NCBI GenBank assembly: GCA_964499705.1
Contig: CAZCME010000014.1
Coordinates: 1 to 64,000, forward strand
From: an uncultured bacterium
Lineage (GTDB): Bacteria; UBA8481
Direction: 5' to 3'
Length of the DNA stretch: 64,000 nucleotides
Shown piece after piece: positions 35,463-44,311 of this stretch. Each line of letters opens with the position of its first letter. The first letter of the stretch is position 1. The notes beneath the pieces are model-generated. The model made no database searches, had not been told where the DNA came from, and worked only from the letters and a program-made list of their open reading frames with translations. The translations under genes and the position numbers were made by a program.

Positions 35463-35530
35463 AAATCCTGAATCCGAAATTACAATGTCATCCCTCAAAG
35501 CTCAATGTTGGGAATTGGGATTTAGGATTT
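35463..35530. terminator. Imperfect AT-rich inverted repeat between convergent genes
   Basis: AAATCCTGAATCCGAAATT...AATTGGGATTTAGGATTT. Confidence 0.5.
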
Positions 35531-35555
35531 CAACGCGTGCTTTCCACCAGAAGCC

Positions 35556-36101
35556 TCACGACGCAATGACATTGATCTCCGTGTTGAGCTCCGTCCGCAG
35601 CAGATTCTGAATCGCATACATCGTGCCCGCGATGGAGCTGGGGCAGCTTCCGCAGGCGCCCTGGTAACGGATCAGGAGGTCGTGACCGCGGAGCCCCATG
35701 ATCTGGAGCCCTCCGCCGTCACCGGCAAGCGCGGGTCGCACGCGCGCATCCAGGACTTCGTTGATCCGGTCGAGCAAATCCTCATCGGAAGTTTCGACAT
35801 CCGGAGCCGACTCCGGCTTCATCATCGACGCGGGCGGACGAAGGCCTTCCTCCAGCATCTGGTTGATGCCGAGCTCCATCGCGCGCCAGTCCGGCCCCGC
35901 CGGCTTGTCGATCGAGATGAAATCATCCATGTAGTAGACCGATCGGACCGTCGGGATCATGAAGAGCGCGTAGGCCAGAGGATCTTCCTGTTCCGCTGGA
36001 GCCTTGTCGTACTGGCGCGAGCCGCCGGGACAGATCGGTTCGTCCAGGACAAGTTTCATGGCGGTCGGGTTGGGCGTGGCTTCGATACGGATGATTTTCA
36101 T
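35556..36101 (-). CDS. Nfu/NifU-family Fe-S carrier (Nfu_N + NifU)
   Basis: EATPNPTAMK, VRPALAGDGG, YQGACGSCPSS; start set at ATG 36101. Confidence 0.9.
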   Translation of the reverse strand: MKIIRIEATPNPTAMKLVLDEPICPGGSRQYDKAPAEQEDPLAYALFMIPTVRSVYYMDDFISIDKPAGPDWRAMELGINQMLEEGLRPPASMMKPESAPDVETSDEDLLDRINEVLDARVRPALAGDGGGLQIMGLRGHDLLIRYQGACGSCPSSIAGTMYAIQNLLRTELNTEINVIAS

Positions 36102-36181
36102 GAGAAAAGTGTACTCCTCCGATGCGATTTTAGCAATCGCCATCCCGGCCGTTAAAGCAGGCTAGAGATGCCTGAACAGAA

Positions 36182-37126
36182 TCAGAGCGCGTTGAAGAGA
36201 TATCCCGTGAAGATGATCCCCAGCGTCGTCACTCCGAAGAAAATGAGAATCAGGTGCAGCGTCATGGCGCGACGGAGCATGATCGCCTCGGGGAGCGAAA
36301 GAGCGGCGGTCGCCATCATGAAGGCCAGCGCCGTGCCCAGCGGAACTCCCTTCTGAAAAAGCACCACCGCGATGGGCACGATCGCCGCGCAGCTCCCATA
36401 CATCGGTACACCGATCAGCGTGGCGACGGGAACGGAAAAGACTCCCGCCGAGCCCGCGATGCTCTGGAGCGTTTCCGCCGGCACATAATTGTGGATACCC
36501 GCGCCGATGCCAACGCCCACGAGCACCCAGATCCAGATCTTCCTCGTGATGGAGACGGCCTCGTCTAAACCGAAGCGGATTCTCCCGCGCATGCGCATAG
36601 TCTCGTCCTTCACTTCCGTCGGCGTGTCGGTGCTCACGAGGTCGCGCACCAGGTATTTTTCCAGATTCATCCGCCCGAGCACCACGCCTGCGATAATTCC
36701 CAGGGCAAGGCCGCTGGCGACGTAAAGTGCCGTGATCCTCCAGCCGAAGTAACCGAACATCAGGATGACGAGGTATTCGTTAATGAGCGGTGACGTGATG
36801 AGGAATGAAAACGCGACGCCAAGCGGAATGCCGGCTTCCATGAAGCTGAGGAAAAGCGGGATGGAGGAGCAGGAACAGAACGGCGTCACGGCTCCGAAGA
36901 GCGACGCGCCCATGTTGGCTACGACTCCCCTCCCGGCCATCCACGCCTTGACGCGATGCTGCGGAAGAAACGTTCGCAGCACACCGATGACCAGGATCAT
37001 GGTAAAGAGCAGCAGCAGGATCTTCACCGAATCATAGACGAAGAAACTGACCGAGGCACCGAGCCGCGACGTGCGCTCCAAGCCGAGGATGTCGTAGGCG
37101 AGTCCGTCTGCCATTTCTATCAGCAC
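36182..37126 (-). CDS. ArsP/DUF318-family permease
   Basis: [22 protein letters not shown]; multiple TM segments; ars operon context. Confidence 0.88.
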   Translation of the reverse strand: MLIEMADGLAYDILGLERTSRLGASVSFFVYDSVKILLLLFTMILVIGVLRTFLPQHRVKAWMAGRGVVANMGASLFGAVTPFCSCSSIPLFLSFMEAGIPLGVAFSFLITSPLINEYLVILMFGYFGWRITALYVASGLALGIIAGVVLGRMNLEKYLVRDLVSTDTPTEVKDETMRMRGRIRFGLDEAVSITRKIWIWVLVGVGIGAGIHNYVPAETLQSIAGSAGVFSVPVATLIGVPMYGSCAAIVPIAVVLFQKGVPLGTALAFMMATAALSLPEAIMLRRAMTLHLILIFFGVTTLGIIFTGYLFNAL

Positions 37127-37281
37127 CTGGAACCCTTGTCCTTTTTCGACCCGGCGCAGCAGGACGCTTCCCTGGCCTTTTTTTCGAGCTTCCTGTCGAG
37201 CGAATCGAGGATTCGCCCGAAGAATCCCTTGCGTTTCTCCGCGCGTGCCGTTGTCACTTTCTCATCTGTTTTCACCTTCAT
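37120..37281 (-). CDS. 53-aa basic protein with a Cys-Cys pair (ars operon)
   Basis: AAGGAG RBS before ATG 37281; MKVKTDEK...[17 protein letters not shown]...RC. Confidence 0.65.
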   Translation of the reverse strand: MKVKTDEKVTTARAEKRKGFFGRILDSLDRKLEKKAREASCCAGSKKDKGSRC

Positions 37282-37303
37282 CGACTCCTTCCGGATTTCT
37301 TCT

Positions 37304-38392
37304 TCATGACGCTTCCGCCGTGCATACGCCGACCGCGGGCGGTGGAAACCAATGCCTGGTCCTGACGCAGAACGAGCAGACCGTGAGCATGACCGGAACT
37401 TCGACAAGAACGCCGACCACCGTGGCCAGCGCCGCTCCTGAACCCGGACCGTACAACGCGATGGCCGTTGCGACGGCGAGCTCGAAGAAGTTGGAAGCTC
37501 CGATCAGGGCCCCGGGAGCGGCGACCGCGTATTCGACCCGCAGTGCGCGCATCAGACCATAGGCCAGGGCCGAATTGAAATAGACCTGAATGAGAATCGG
37601 GACGGCGATCAGGATGACATGAAACCATCGCGTTGTGATGTTCTCCGCCTGGAACGCAAAGATGAGGACGAGCGTCGCCAGGAGAGCCATGATCGTCACG
37701 GGCTGGAAGATCGGCAGCAGTTTCTGCTCGAACCATGCGCGGCCGCGGCGGGGGATCGCGAAGGAACGCGTGACCGCGCCGAGCGAAAGAGGAATCACGA
37801 CGAAGACCGCTACGGCCCACAGGAGAACCTGCCAGGGAACAACAAGAGTCGAGGCGCCGGAAACGAGGAACCGGACCAGCGGCGCGAAAAGAATCAGCAT
37901 GATGAGATCGTTCACGGCGACCTGAACAAGCGTATAGGCCGGATCGCCGTCGGACAGCGCGCTCCAGACGAAAACCATGGCCGTGCATGGCGCGGCGGCA
38001 AGGATGATGACGCCGGCCGTGTACTGGTCGGCCAGTTCCGGCCCGATCCAGGGCAGAAAGACGTGGCGGAAAAAAATCCAGCCGAGGAATGCCATCGAAA
38101 AGGGTTTCACGAGCCAGTTGACGACGAGCGTCACGGCCAGCCCTCGCGGCTTCTCCCGCACGCGCAGCACGCTCGCAAAGTCGATCCTCAGCATCATGGG
38201 ATAGATCATGAACCAGAGAAGGATCGCGATCGGGATGTTGATCTGGCTGCCGCCGCCGAACTCCATGCCCCGCAGAACCACGGTGGCCTCGGGAGCGAAT
38301 CGGCCGATCAGGATGCCGCCGGCCATGCAGAGCGCGACCCAGAGCGTCAGGTAGCGCTCAAAGATATTCATGTGCGGCGCCCGTACGCTCAT
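37304..38392 (-). CDS. acr3: ACR3-family arsenite efflux transporter
   Basis: FERYLTLWV, MIYPMM, APCTAMVFVW, GASNFFELAVA, VLVEVPVML; ATGA overlap with arsC. Confidence 0.95.
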   Translation of the reverse strand: MSVRAPHMNIFERYLTLWVALCMAGGILIGRFAPEATVVLRGMEFGGGSQINIPIAILLWFMIYPMMLRIDFASVLRVREKPRGLAVTLVVNWLVKPFSMAFLGWIFFRHVFLPWIGPELADQYTAGVIILAAAPCTAMVFVWSALSDGDPAYTLVQVAVNDLIMLILFAPLVRFLVSGASTLVVPWQVLLWAVAVFVVIPLSLGAVTRSFAIPRRGRAWFEQKLLPIFQPVTIMALLATLVLIFAFQAENITTRWFHVILIAVPILIQVYFNSALAYGLMRALRVEYAVAAPGALIGASNFFELAVATAIALYGPGSGAALATVVGVLVEVPVMLTVCSFCVRTRHWFPPPAVGVCTAEAS

Positions 38393-38841
38393 CGCGGAGC
38401 CTCCAGGTTTTCCGGCATTCCTTCCACGAACCGCCGGATCTCGTCCCGGACGCGCCGATAGTGCGCCAGCGCCTCCTCCTCGGTCTTCGCGCCCTGCGCC
38501 AGTTTCGGCGGATCGTCGAAACCGACGTGGACGATCCGCGCTCTCCGATTCAGCCAGGCCGGACACGTCTCGTGGGCGTGGCCGCAGACCGTGACGACCA
38601 CGTCAAAGGCGATGTCCATCAGGGATTCGACGTTCTTGGAGCGATGACCGGATATATCCACGCCGGCTTCCGCCATGACCGCGACCGCGCGGGGATTCAA
38701 CCCGTGTGTCTCGATGCCCGCGGAATACGGTTCGATTCGCTCGCTCTTCAAGGCGCGCGCCCATCCTTCGGCCATCTGCGAGCGGCAGGAGTTCCCGGTG
38801 CAGAGGAAGAGCACTTTCATTTTCGCGTCCGGCGCCGGCAT
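38389..38841 (-). CDS. arsC: Arsenate reductase (LMW-PTP type)
   Basis: FLCTGNSCRSQMAEG, CGHAHETCP, FDDP; GGAGG before ATG 38841. Confidence 0.93.
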   Translation of the reverse strand: MPAPDAKMKVLFLCTGNSCRSQMAEGWARALKSERIEPYSAGIETHGLNPRAVAVMAEAGVDISGHRSKNVESLMDIAFDVVVTVCGHAHETCPAWLNRRARIVHVGFDDPPKLAQGAKTEEEALAHYRRVRDEIRRFVEGMPENLEAPR

Positions 38842-39224
38842 AAGGCCTCCTTGTCGATACGACGGATCTTCGCCATCTTCGCCCGGTCCGCCCGGATCTC
38901 CGGAATATTCCTCCCCGCCTCGATCGCCCACCGGATCGCGCGGCGAACGGGAGCCGGAGCCGAAGAATCCGCCGCGCGGCAGTGGATCCATCTCCCTTCC
39001 TTGCGGGTCGCGACGAGCCCGGCGGCCTTCAGGAGAAAGAGATGCTTGGAGACCGTCGACGGAGCCAGCCGCAGCAGTTCCACGAGCTGGCAGACGCAGA
39101 GCTCCTCGCCTCCGAGAGCCACGAGGATGCGCAGACGCCCCGGGTCGCCGAGCGCCTTCCCGACCGCCGCCAGCGACGCGAGCGGCCACTCCGCTCCGGA
39201 GGAATCATTCCTATAATTCGCCAT
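38817..39224 (-). CDS. arsR: ArsR/SmtB repressor
   Basis: KALGDPGRLRI, ELCVCQL, STVSKHL. Confidence 0.92.
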   Translation of the reverse strand: MANYRNDSSGAEWPLASLAAVGKALGDPGRLRILVALGGEELCVCQLVELLRLAPSTVSKHLFLLKAAGLVATRKEGRWIHCRAADSSAPAPVRRAIRWAIEAGRNIPEIRADRAKMAKIRRIDKEALCRRRTRK

Positions 39225-39261
39225 ATGACGAATTATAAACCGGCATTTCAGGCGGTGTCAA
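39212..39261 (-). promoter_or_regulatory. ars promoter and ArsR operator
   Basis: Minus-strand TTGACA (39256-61)-N18-TATAAT (39232-37). Palindrome TATAATTCG-cCATATGa-CGAATTATA (39212-37) covers the -10 box and the ATG. Confidence 0.85.
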
Positions 39262-39569
39262 TGCTCGCGCTGTCACGGGCGTGTCCGCTAATAGTGAATT
39301 ATGCGGCCAGCATTGCAAGGCTGCATCATGACGCCTCAAGGTGAAGGGGAAAGATGTGCGAGCGGCGAGCCTCGATACGTGATACCAATCTACGGGACTC
39401 GATGGCCGCCAAAACCGAAGAAATCCGAACCACACTCCGGTGGGTCGGGCTTCATCGGAAGCTATGCGACCAAGTTCGAACCCGACTTGTACCGGCTATC
39501 CGAGCTGCGAAACAAGACGCTGAAACTCTTGAATCAGCAGGTTTTAACCGCACTCCGCAGGCGTGAAAA

Positions 39570-40730
39570 CTATTTGCTCTTCCCGCCCGGCTGCTGTGTT
39601 CTCCCTTTCTTTTTTCGCAACGAGGCGCCCCCTGGCGCCGATTTCGGCGAAACTTCCCCCCGCTCACTGGACGGCGCGTGAAGCCGATAGTGGTCGCGTG
39701 AGAATTCGAATTGCCGCGAGTAGATTTGCTTAATCCCAGCCGCGGAACCGGTTTCGTAAAAGGTGAGCATCGCGGAAAGAAACTCGCTGTTTTCCACTCC
39801 ACGATACGAAAGAGGATGGAGATTTCGCGATAGCAAGACGGCGTCGGCAACCAACCGGGAAGTCCGTTTGTTTCCGTCGACGAACGGCTGGACGTAGCTT
39901 AGCCCGGCCAGCGCCGTGAGAGCGGCAGTATGCGAATTCTCCGTTCTGCCGACTGCATCAAGAATGTCCTTCACGGCTTCTTTGATCTGGAACTCGTTGT
40001 CCGCCGGGCGGTATGACGTCGACGTTATTCCCACGAGTCGCCGCCGGAAACCTGTATCGACATTCAGCCCCTTTACCATGACGGCGTGAACCTGTCGCAG
40101 TACAGCCTCCGAGGGGCGATTGCGGAATTCGTCGAGATTCTCCAGTACAAATTGAAATGCGGTCTTGTGATTCAGAATCATGATCGCTTCCTCGGCCTTG
40201 CGGCCTGGAGCACGGCGACCGGTCGTTAACAGCTCCTGCGTATCCAACAGCGAATATGTGTTTCCCTCGATACTCGACGATTTCCAGGCTAGCTCGATTA
40301 CGAATCGCTCCAGTTCTTTTCTAGCCGCCGTATCGCCTGCTCTCAGATCCATGGATCTTTCCGGTGGAAGCGGGGCTAGTTTTGCCAATTCGTCGTCGCG
40401 GAATAGCGAGATCGGAAGATTCCGGATAAGTTCGGGGTCGAACGGTCGGCAGAAACGCTTGTCAGGATCCACGGCGCAGTGGAGCACCGGATCGATAGGC
40501 GCGGACAGCCGCCCGAGAACTGTGAGAGTGTATCCACCACCGCGCCCTGGGCCGGTCGAAGCGACGTATCCGCCCTTCAAGAGGTCAGCCATGTCTCGGC
40601 GTATGGTGGCGATCGAAACCTCAAGCTTCTCGCCGAGGTTCTCAGCGGTGGTGGGAGATGTTGCGTCCGGTTTCGTAGCCAGAATGGCAAGAGCCTCGCC
40701 TTGGCGTTTGGAAAAAGGTATCATAATCAC
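39570..40730 (-). CDS. Winged-HTH + Fic-domain protein
   Basis: N-terminal LGEKLEVSIATIRRDM; SSSIEGNT; Fic loop QPFVDGNKRTSR. Confidence 0.88.
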   Translation of the reverse strand: MIMIPFSKRQGEALAILATKPDATSPTTAENLGEKLEVSIATIRRDMADLLKGGYVASTGPGRGGGYTLTVLGRLSAPIDPVLHCAVDPDKRFCRPFDPELIRNLPISLFRDDELAKLAPLPPERSMDLRAGDTAARKELERFVIELAWKSSSIEGNTYSLLDTQELLTTGRRAPGRKAEEAIMILNHKTAFQFVLENLDEFRNRPSEAVLRQVHAVMVKGLNVDTGFRRRLVGITSTSYRPADNEFQIKEAVKDILDAVGRTENSHTAALTALAGLSYVQPFVDGNKRTSRLVADAVLLSRNLHPLSYRGVENSEFLSAMLTFYETGSAAGIKQIYSRQFEFSRDHYRLHAPSSERGEVSPKSAPGGASLRKKKGRTQQPGGKSK

Positions 40731-40736
40731 GCGGAT

Positions 40737-40765
40737 AAGCTATCACAATGATAGCTTTTAGTCAA
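40737..40765 (-). promoter_or_regulatory. Fic gene promoter with palindromic operator
   Basis: TTGACT (40760-65)-N17-TAGCTT (40737-42); AAGCTATCA-caa-TGATAGCTT at 40737-57. Confidence 0.7.
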
Positions 40766-40937
40766 GTTTTTGATAGTATTCGAACCCCGAGGATTAAACC
40801 ACGAAATACACTAAACACACGAAGATATACTGCCGGCTGCATCTTGCGAGGGCGCTGATAGGAAGTTTTACGCTATCGCACCGTATATTCGTCTGCAGGA
40901 GGCGCGAATTTCCAGAGCCAGACCTTTGAGGACGGTC

Positions 40938-43900
40938 TCACGCTACGAAGTTCTTCAGCTCCCTCCATTCGAGATCGCCTTGCACGCGGACGAGAGCATC
41001 GGGATTCGAACCGGCTTGTTCGAGGGCGTCATCGAGAGTAAACGGCCCTTTGATACCCTCGGAAATCTTGATGCTCCATATTCGCAATCCTTTGGCCGCG
41101 CACCAGAACGGAATCCATTCTTCACCCAGCCTTGCGATCAGGGCGACCACGGAAAATCCAGGCGTGCGGATCAGTTCTTCAAGCGTGAAAGGCCCTTCAA
41201 CCGACGTCCCGTTCCAGAGATGCCAGCCACCTGGATCGTTTTCCGAAAGAAGCGGACCGCTGTGGCCTTGATACCAAATTACAGCGTGGATCGCCACTGG
41301 CTGTGCGAATCCTTTCAACGCGAGCGATTGGTATTCCTTCACGGGAACCGGGTTTCTGAGCGAATAGAGCGTCCTATCGCTGATGAAGATGCGATAGGGC
41401 CATGCCTTGGAGGAAATTCTTTGCGAAAGATTGACGTCCGAACCGATCACGGTCCAATCGGTGCGCTCGGGAGTGCCAACGTGCCCGGCAAGAACCTCGC
41501 CGGTTGCAATGCCAATGCCGAAGAAGAGTTGCATTTGTCCTAACCTTGCACGCTCGTTGTTGATTTCATAAATGCGCTCCTGCATCTTGATCGCTGCCGC
41601 GATAGCTCGATCGGCGTAATCGTCGACGGGCTCGGGAGCGCCCCAGACAGCGAGAACAGCATCGCCGATGAATTTGTCCACAACGCCGCCCGAGGCGATG
41701 ACTTCTTCGACGACGGGGACGAAATAGAGATTGAGGAGCCGCACCACTTCACTGGCTGGCAGAAGCTGTGAAGCGTGCGTGAACCCGCGAACGTCAGCAA
41801 ACATGATGGAACAGGTGTGAAGCGATCCGCCCAGCGTAGCCTGTCCTTTTGCCGCCTCGCGTACGACAGCGCCCGGTACGTATTTGCGAAATGCCGACTC
41901 GAGTTGAAGCCTTTCCTTGATAGAAACCACCATGTGATTGAATCCGGTGGCTATTCGCGACAGTTCATCGCGTCCATAGGAATCGAGGTTCGGGGTAAGA
42001 TCGCCCTGCCCTACCTTGCCGATCGCCGAATCGAGTCTGTAAACTGGCCGAACGATGCCGTGTCCGACGAGCTGAATTCCCACGAAGGAGAGCAGAAATA
42101 CAATGGCAACGCCGCCGAAAGCGGTCCAACGGATTGCCGCGACCTCCTGTACGTACGCCGTGCGATCGACCAGAAATTGGAGAGTCACGTCCCGGGGCAG
42201 TTTTTCGAGCGTCGTGACGATGAATTCGCGCCCGTTCAATTCGACGATTTCTCCATCCACGCGCGGCCGCGCATAAACGCTCCGTCCCGCTTCCCAAGTC
42301 TCAGGATTTTCCCGGAAAAAGAGACCGGAAAGAATATCGGCGTCCGAAGGATCGAGTCCCGGAATCTTTCGCATCTCTTCGGAGGAGTAGGGTTGACCGG
42401 CGGGGCCAAGGCACGGCGCAAGCGCATCGCCAATAGCCTCCGCATTCGCGATCGCAAGGAGATCGAGGTATACTTTCAAATCTTCAGGCGTCGCCGTTTG
42501 GAGGTTGAACGGCGACAAGGTCTGAGTGGGGCGCCAGTCGAAATCTCTAAGTAATCCCACGTTGAGTTCGGGAGTCGTCACGACGGGCCGACCATCCCAG
42601 ATCGTCGTGGCCACGACCGTGTCGGTGGCGGTACAGATGAGGTCAATGCCTGTTCCGATTTTCATGTGTTCGAGGAAGAGGGCATCGAGGTGCACGAGGT
42701 TGATCAGGATTCCCCAATCGTCTATATTGCTTCTTCCCACGATCAGAAATACCTCGCGCCCTCCGGATTTGGCTTCGATCGCGAGAACTGGTGGAACCAG
42801 GTCATCGAATACCGCTCGGGTGTCCGCAATCAGAGCGTCTTTGAGCGGTTTCCGGATCTCTCGGGGAATTGTCGGAGGAAAATACATTTCAGGCACGAGA
42901 CCCCTGAGATCGATAAAAGTGGCTTCCACGCCGAGCTTGTGGCCGAGTCCCACGGCCCAGCTGTAGGCATTCTCGATGTTGGCGAAGTTTCCCCTCTCAC
43001 CGCTGTCCATCCGGGCAATTGTGGCCGAGTCGGCAATAAATCGCGCGCGGATTTCGGATTTCTTCGCAGCCTTGATGGTGGACCGCCAACTGGAAGTGAG
43101 AATTGGCGCGCTGCCGTCAGTCACGTTGTAGGTGATCGACCAGCGGTCGTGCAGGATGCGCCGCATCTCTTCCCGGCGAGCGTCAAAGCGGTCCGTAGCC
43201 GTGCGAACTACGAATTGCTCCACAATGACCCAAGTCAGAAGCCCCGCTCCGGCCGCCGACAAGATCGAGACGAGCGCGAGGCGGGGACGAAGATTCACTT
43301 TCGACAGCGCGCGTTCGGCAATATCGCCTAACAGATCGCGTCGTCGCAGCACGAACCATGCTATGAAGACGATGCCGATCACGGCAACGCCGATGAAAAG
43401 CCAGCTCATGGACGATGCGCGCTCCGGCGCTTTCGGCGGCGGCTCGGAATTGCCCGGGCTTTCACCTCGAACACTCGCATTGACGAGTCCGCTGTCGACG
43501 AGGATGCGCAGTTTGTTGTAACGAAGGAAATTAAGCAGTTCCCACGGATTTTTAAATCCTCCTTCCGCCGTTCTCCTTTCGATGATTTGCTTGGCCACGA
43601 AGGGACTGATCCAGGGAAGTTGATCCAAGGCAGCCTCGTCGCAGGTATTGATATCAACCGGTGTGATCGTTCTTGAAACAGGGGATTCGTCCGTATCGTC
43701 AGGATCATACTCGTCGGCTGGCGATACAATCTCGTCTGCTTCAGCGGGTTTCTCAACAGGCGGTGGCGACTGCGGCGACCGAGGCGGAGCAGAGTTCGGG
43801 GCGGAGCGGCTATTCTGGGGAACGAAGGACGAACGTGGCGACGTCGCGCCCGCACCTCCGACGGTCACGAGGTTTCTGAATTTGTCCAAGCGTTCCTTGC

Positions 43901-44120
43901 CGATGCCTTTGACAATTTGCAAATCGTCGACCGTCCTAAAAGGCCCCTTTGCCGCACGGTGCTCGACAATCGCCTTGGCCTTGGCTGCCCCTATTCCCGG
44001 CAGCTTGTCGAGTTCCTCGATGGTTGCAGTGTTGATGTCGATTTCTCCCGCGGCGTGTAACGCGGCGGCGGTTGAGAGCAAGAGGACGCAGAAGATGAAT
44101 GCCCGGATATTCAATTGCAT
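40938..44120 (-). CDS. Membrane class III adenylate cyclase with N-terminal ComEA-like HhH domains, HAMP and C-terminal GYF_2-like repeats (1060 aa)
   Basis: Start ATG 44120 with signal peptide. IDINTATIEELDKLPGIGAAKAKAIVEHR; three TM helices; HAMP GRDELSRIATGFNHM; FADVRGFT, DKFIGDA, TVIGSDVNLSQR; two W...GPFTL motifs. Confidence 0.88.
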   Translation of the reverse strand: MQLNIRAFIFCVLLLSTAAALHAAGEIDINTATIEELDKLPGIGAAKAKAIVEHRAAKGPFRTVDDLQIVKGIGKERLDKFRNLVTVGGAGATSPRSSFVPQNSRSAPNSAPPRSPQSPPPVEKPAEADEIVSPADEYDPDDTDESPVSRTITPVDINTCDEAALDQLPWISPFVAKQIIERRTAEGGFKNPWELLNFLRYNKLRILVDSGLVNASVRGESPGNSEPPPKAPERASSMSWLFIGVAVIGIVFIAWFVLRRRDLLGDIAERALSKVNLRPRLALVSILSAAGAGLLTWVIVEQFVVRTATDRFDARREEMRRILHDRWSITYNVTDGSAPILTSSWRSTIKAAKKSEIRARFIADSATIARMDSGERGNFANIENAYSWAVGLGHKLGVEATFIDLRGLVPEMYFPPTIPREIRKPLKDALIADTRAVFDDLVPPVLAIEAKSGGREVFLIVGRSNIDDWGILINLVHLDALFLEHMKIGTGIDLICTATDTVVATTIWDGRPVVTTPELNVGLLRDFDWRPTQTLSPFNLQTATPEDLKVYLDLLAIANAEAIGDALAPCLGPAGQPYSSEEMRKIPGLDPSDADILSGLFFRENPETWEAGRSVYARPRVDGEIVELNGREFIVTTLEKLPRDVTLQFLVDRTAYVQEVAAIRWTAFGGVAIVFLLSFVGIQLVGHGIVRPVYRLDSAIGKVGQGDLTPNLDSYGRDELSRIATGFNHMVVSIKERLQLESAFRKYVPGAVVREAAKGQATLGGSLHTCSIMFADVRGFTHASQLLPASEVVRLLNLYFVPVVEEVIASGGVVDKFIGDAVLAVWGAPEPVDDYADRAIAAAIKMQERIYEINNERARLGQMQLFFGIGIATGEVLAGHVGTPERTDWTVIGSDVNLSQRISSKAWPYRIFISDRTLYSLRNPVPVKEYQSLALKGFAQPVAIHAVIWYQGHSGPLLSENDPGGWHLWNGTSVEGPFTLEELIRTPGFSVVALIARLGEEWIPFWCAAKGLRIWSIKISEGIKGPFTLDDALEQAGSNPDALVRVQGDLEWRELKNFVA

Positions 44121-44311
44121 TTGCCCCCTTAGAAAGAAAGTCTCATTTTCAACCGAACCGCGTCCGCGCGGCGAATATATTTCCTCTGAGCGTCGGTCGC
44201 TCGCGTGGCGCCAGTCGTCACGTGATAGGAAGCCCTTGAAGATAATTTCGGGGGCCTTTTCGTTTCGGCCTCCTCGCCTCGTTGGATCGTCATCCAGTCG
44301 ACTCGCATCAC

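Noticed and set aside
39301-39681. Plus-strand ORFs between arsR and Fic (126 aa and 70 aa)
   Set aside because: No motif or convincing RBS; a small gene or remnant cannot be fully excluded.
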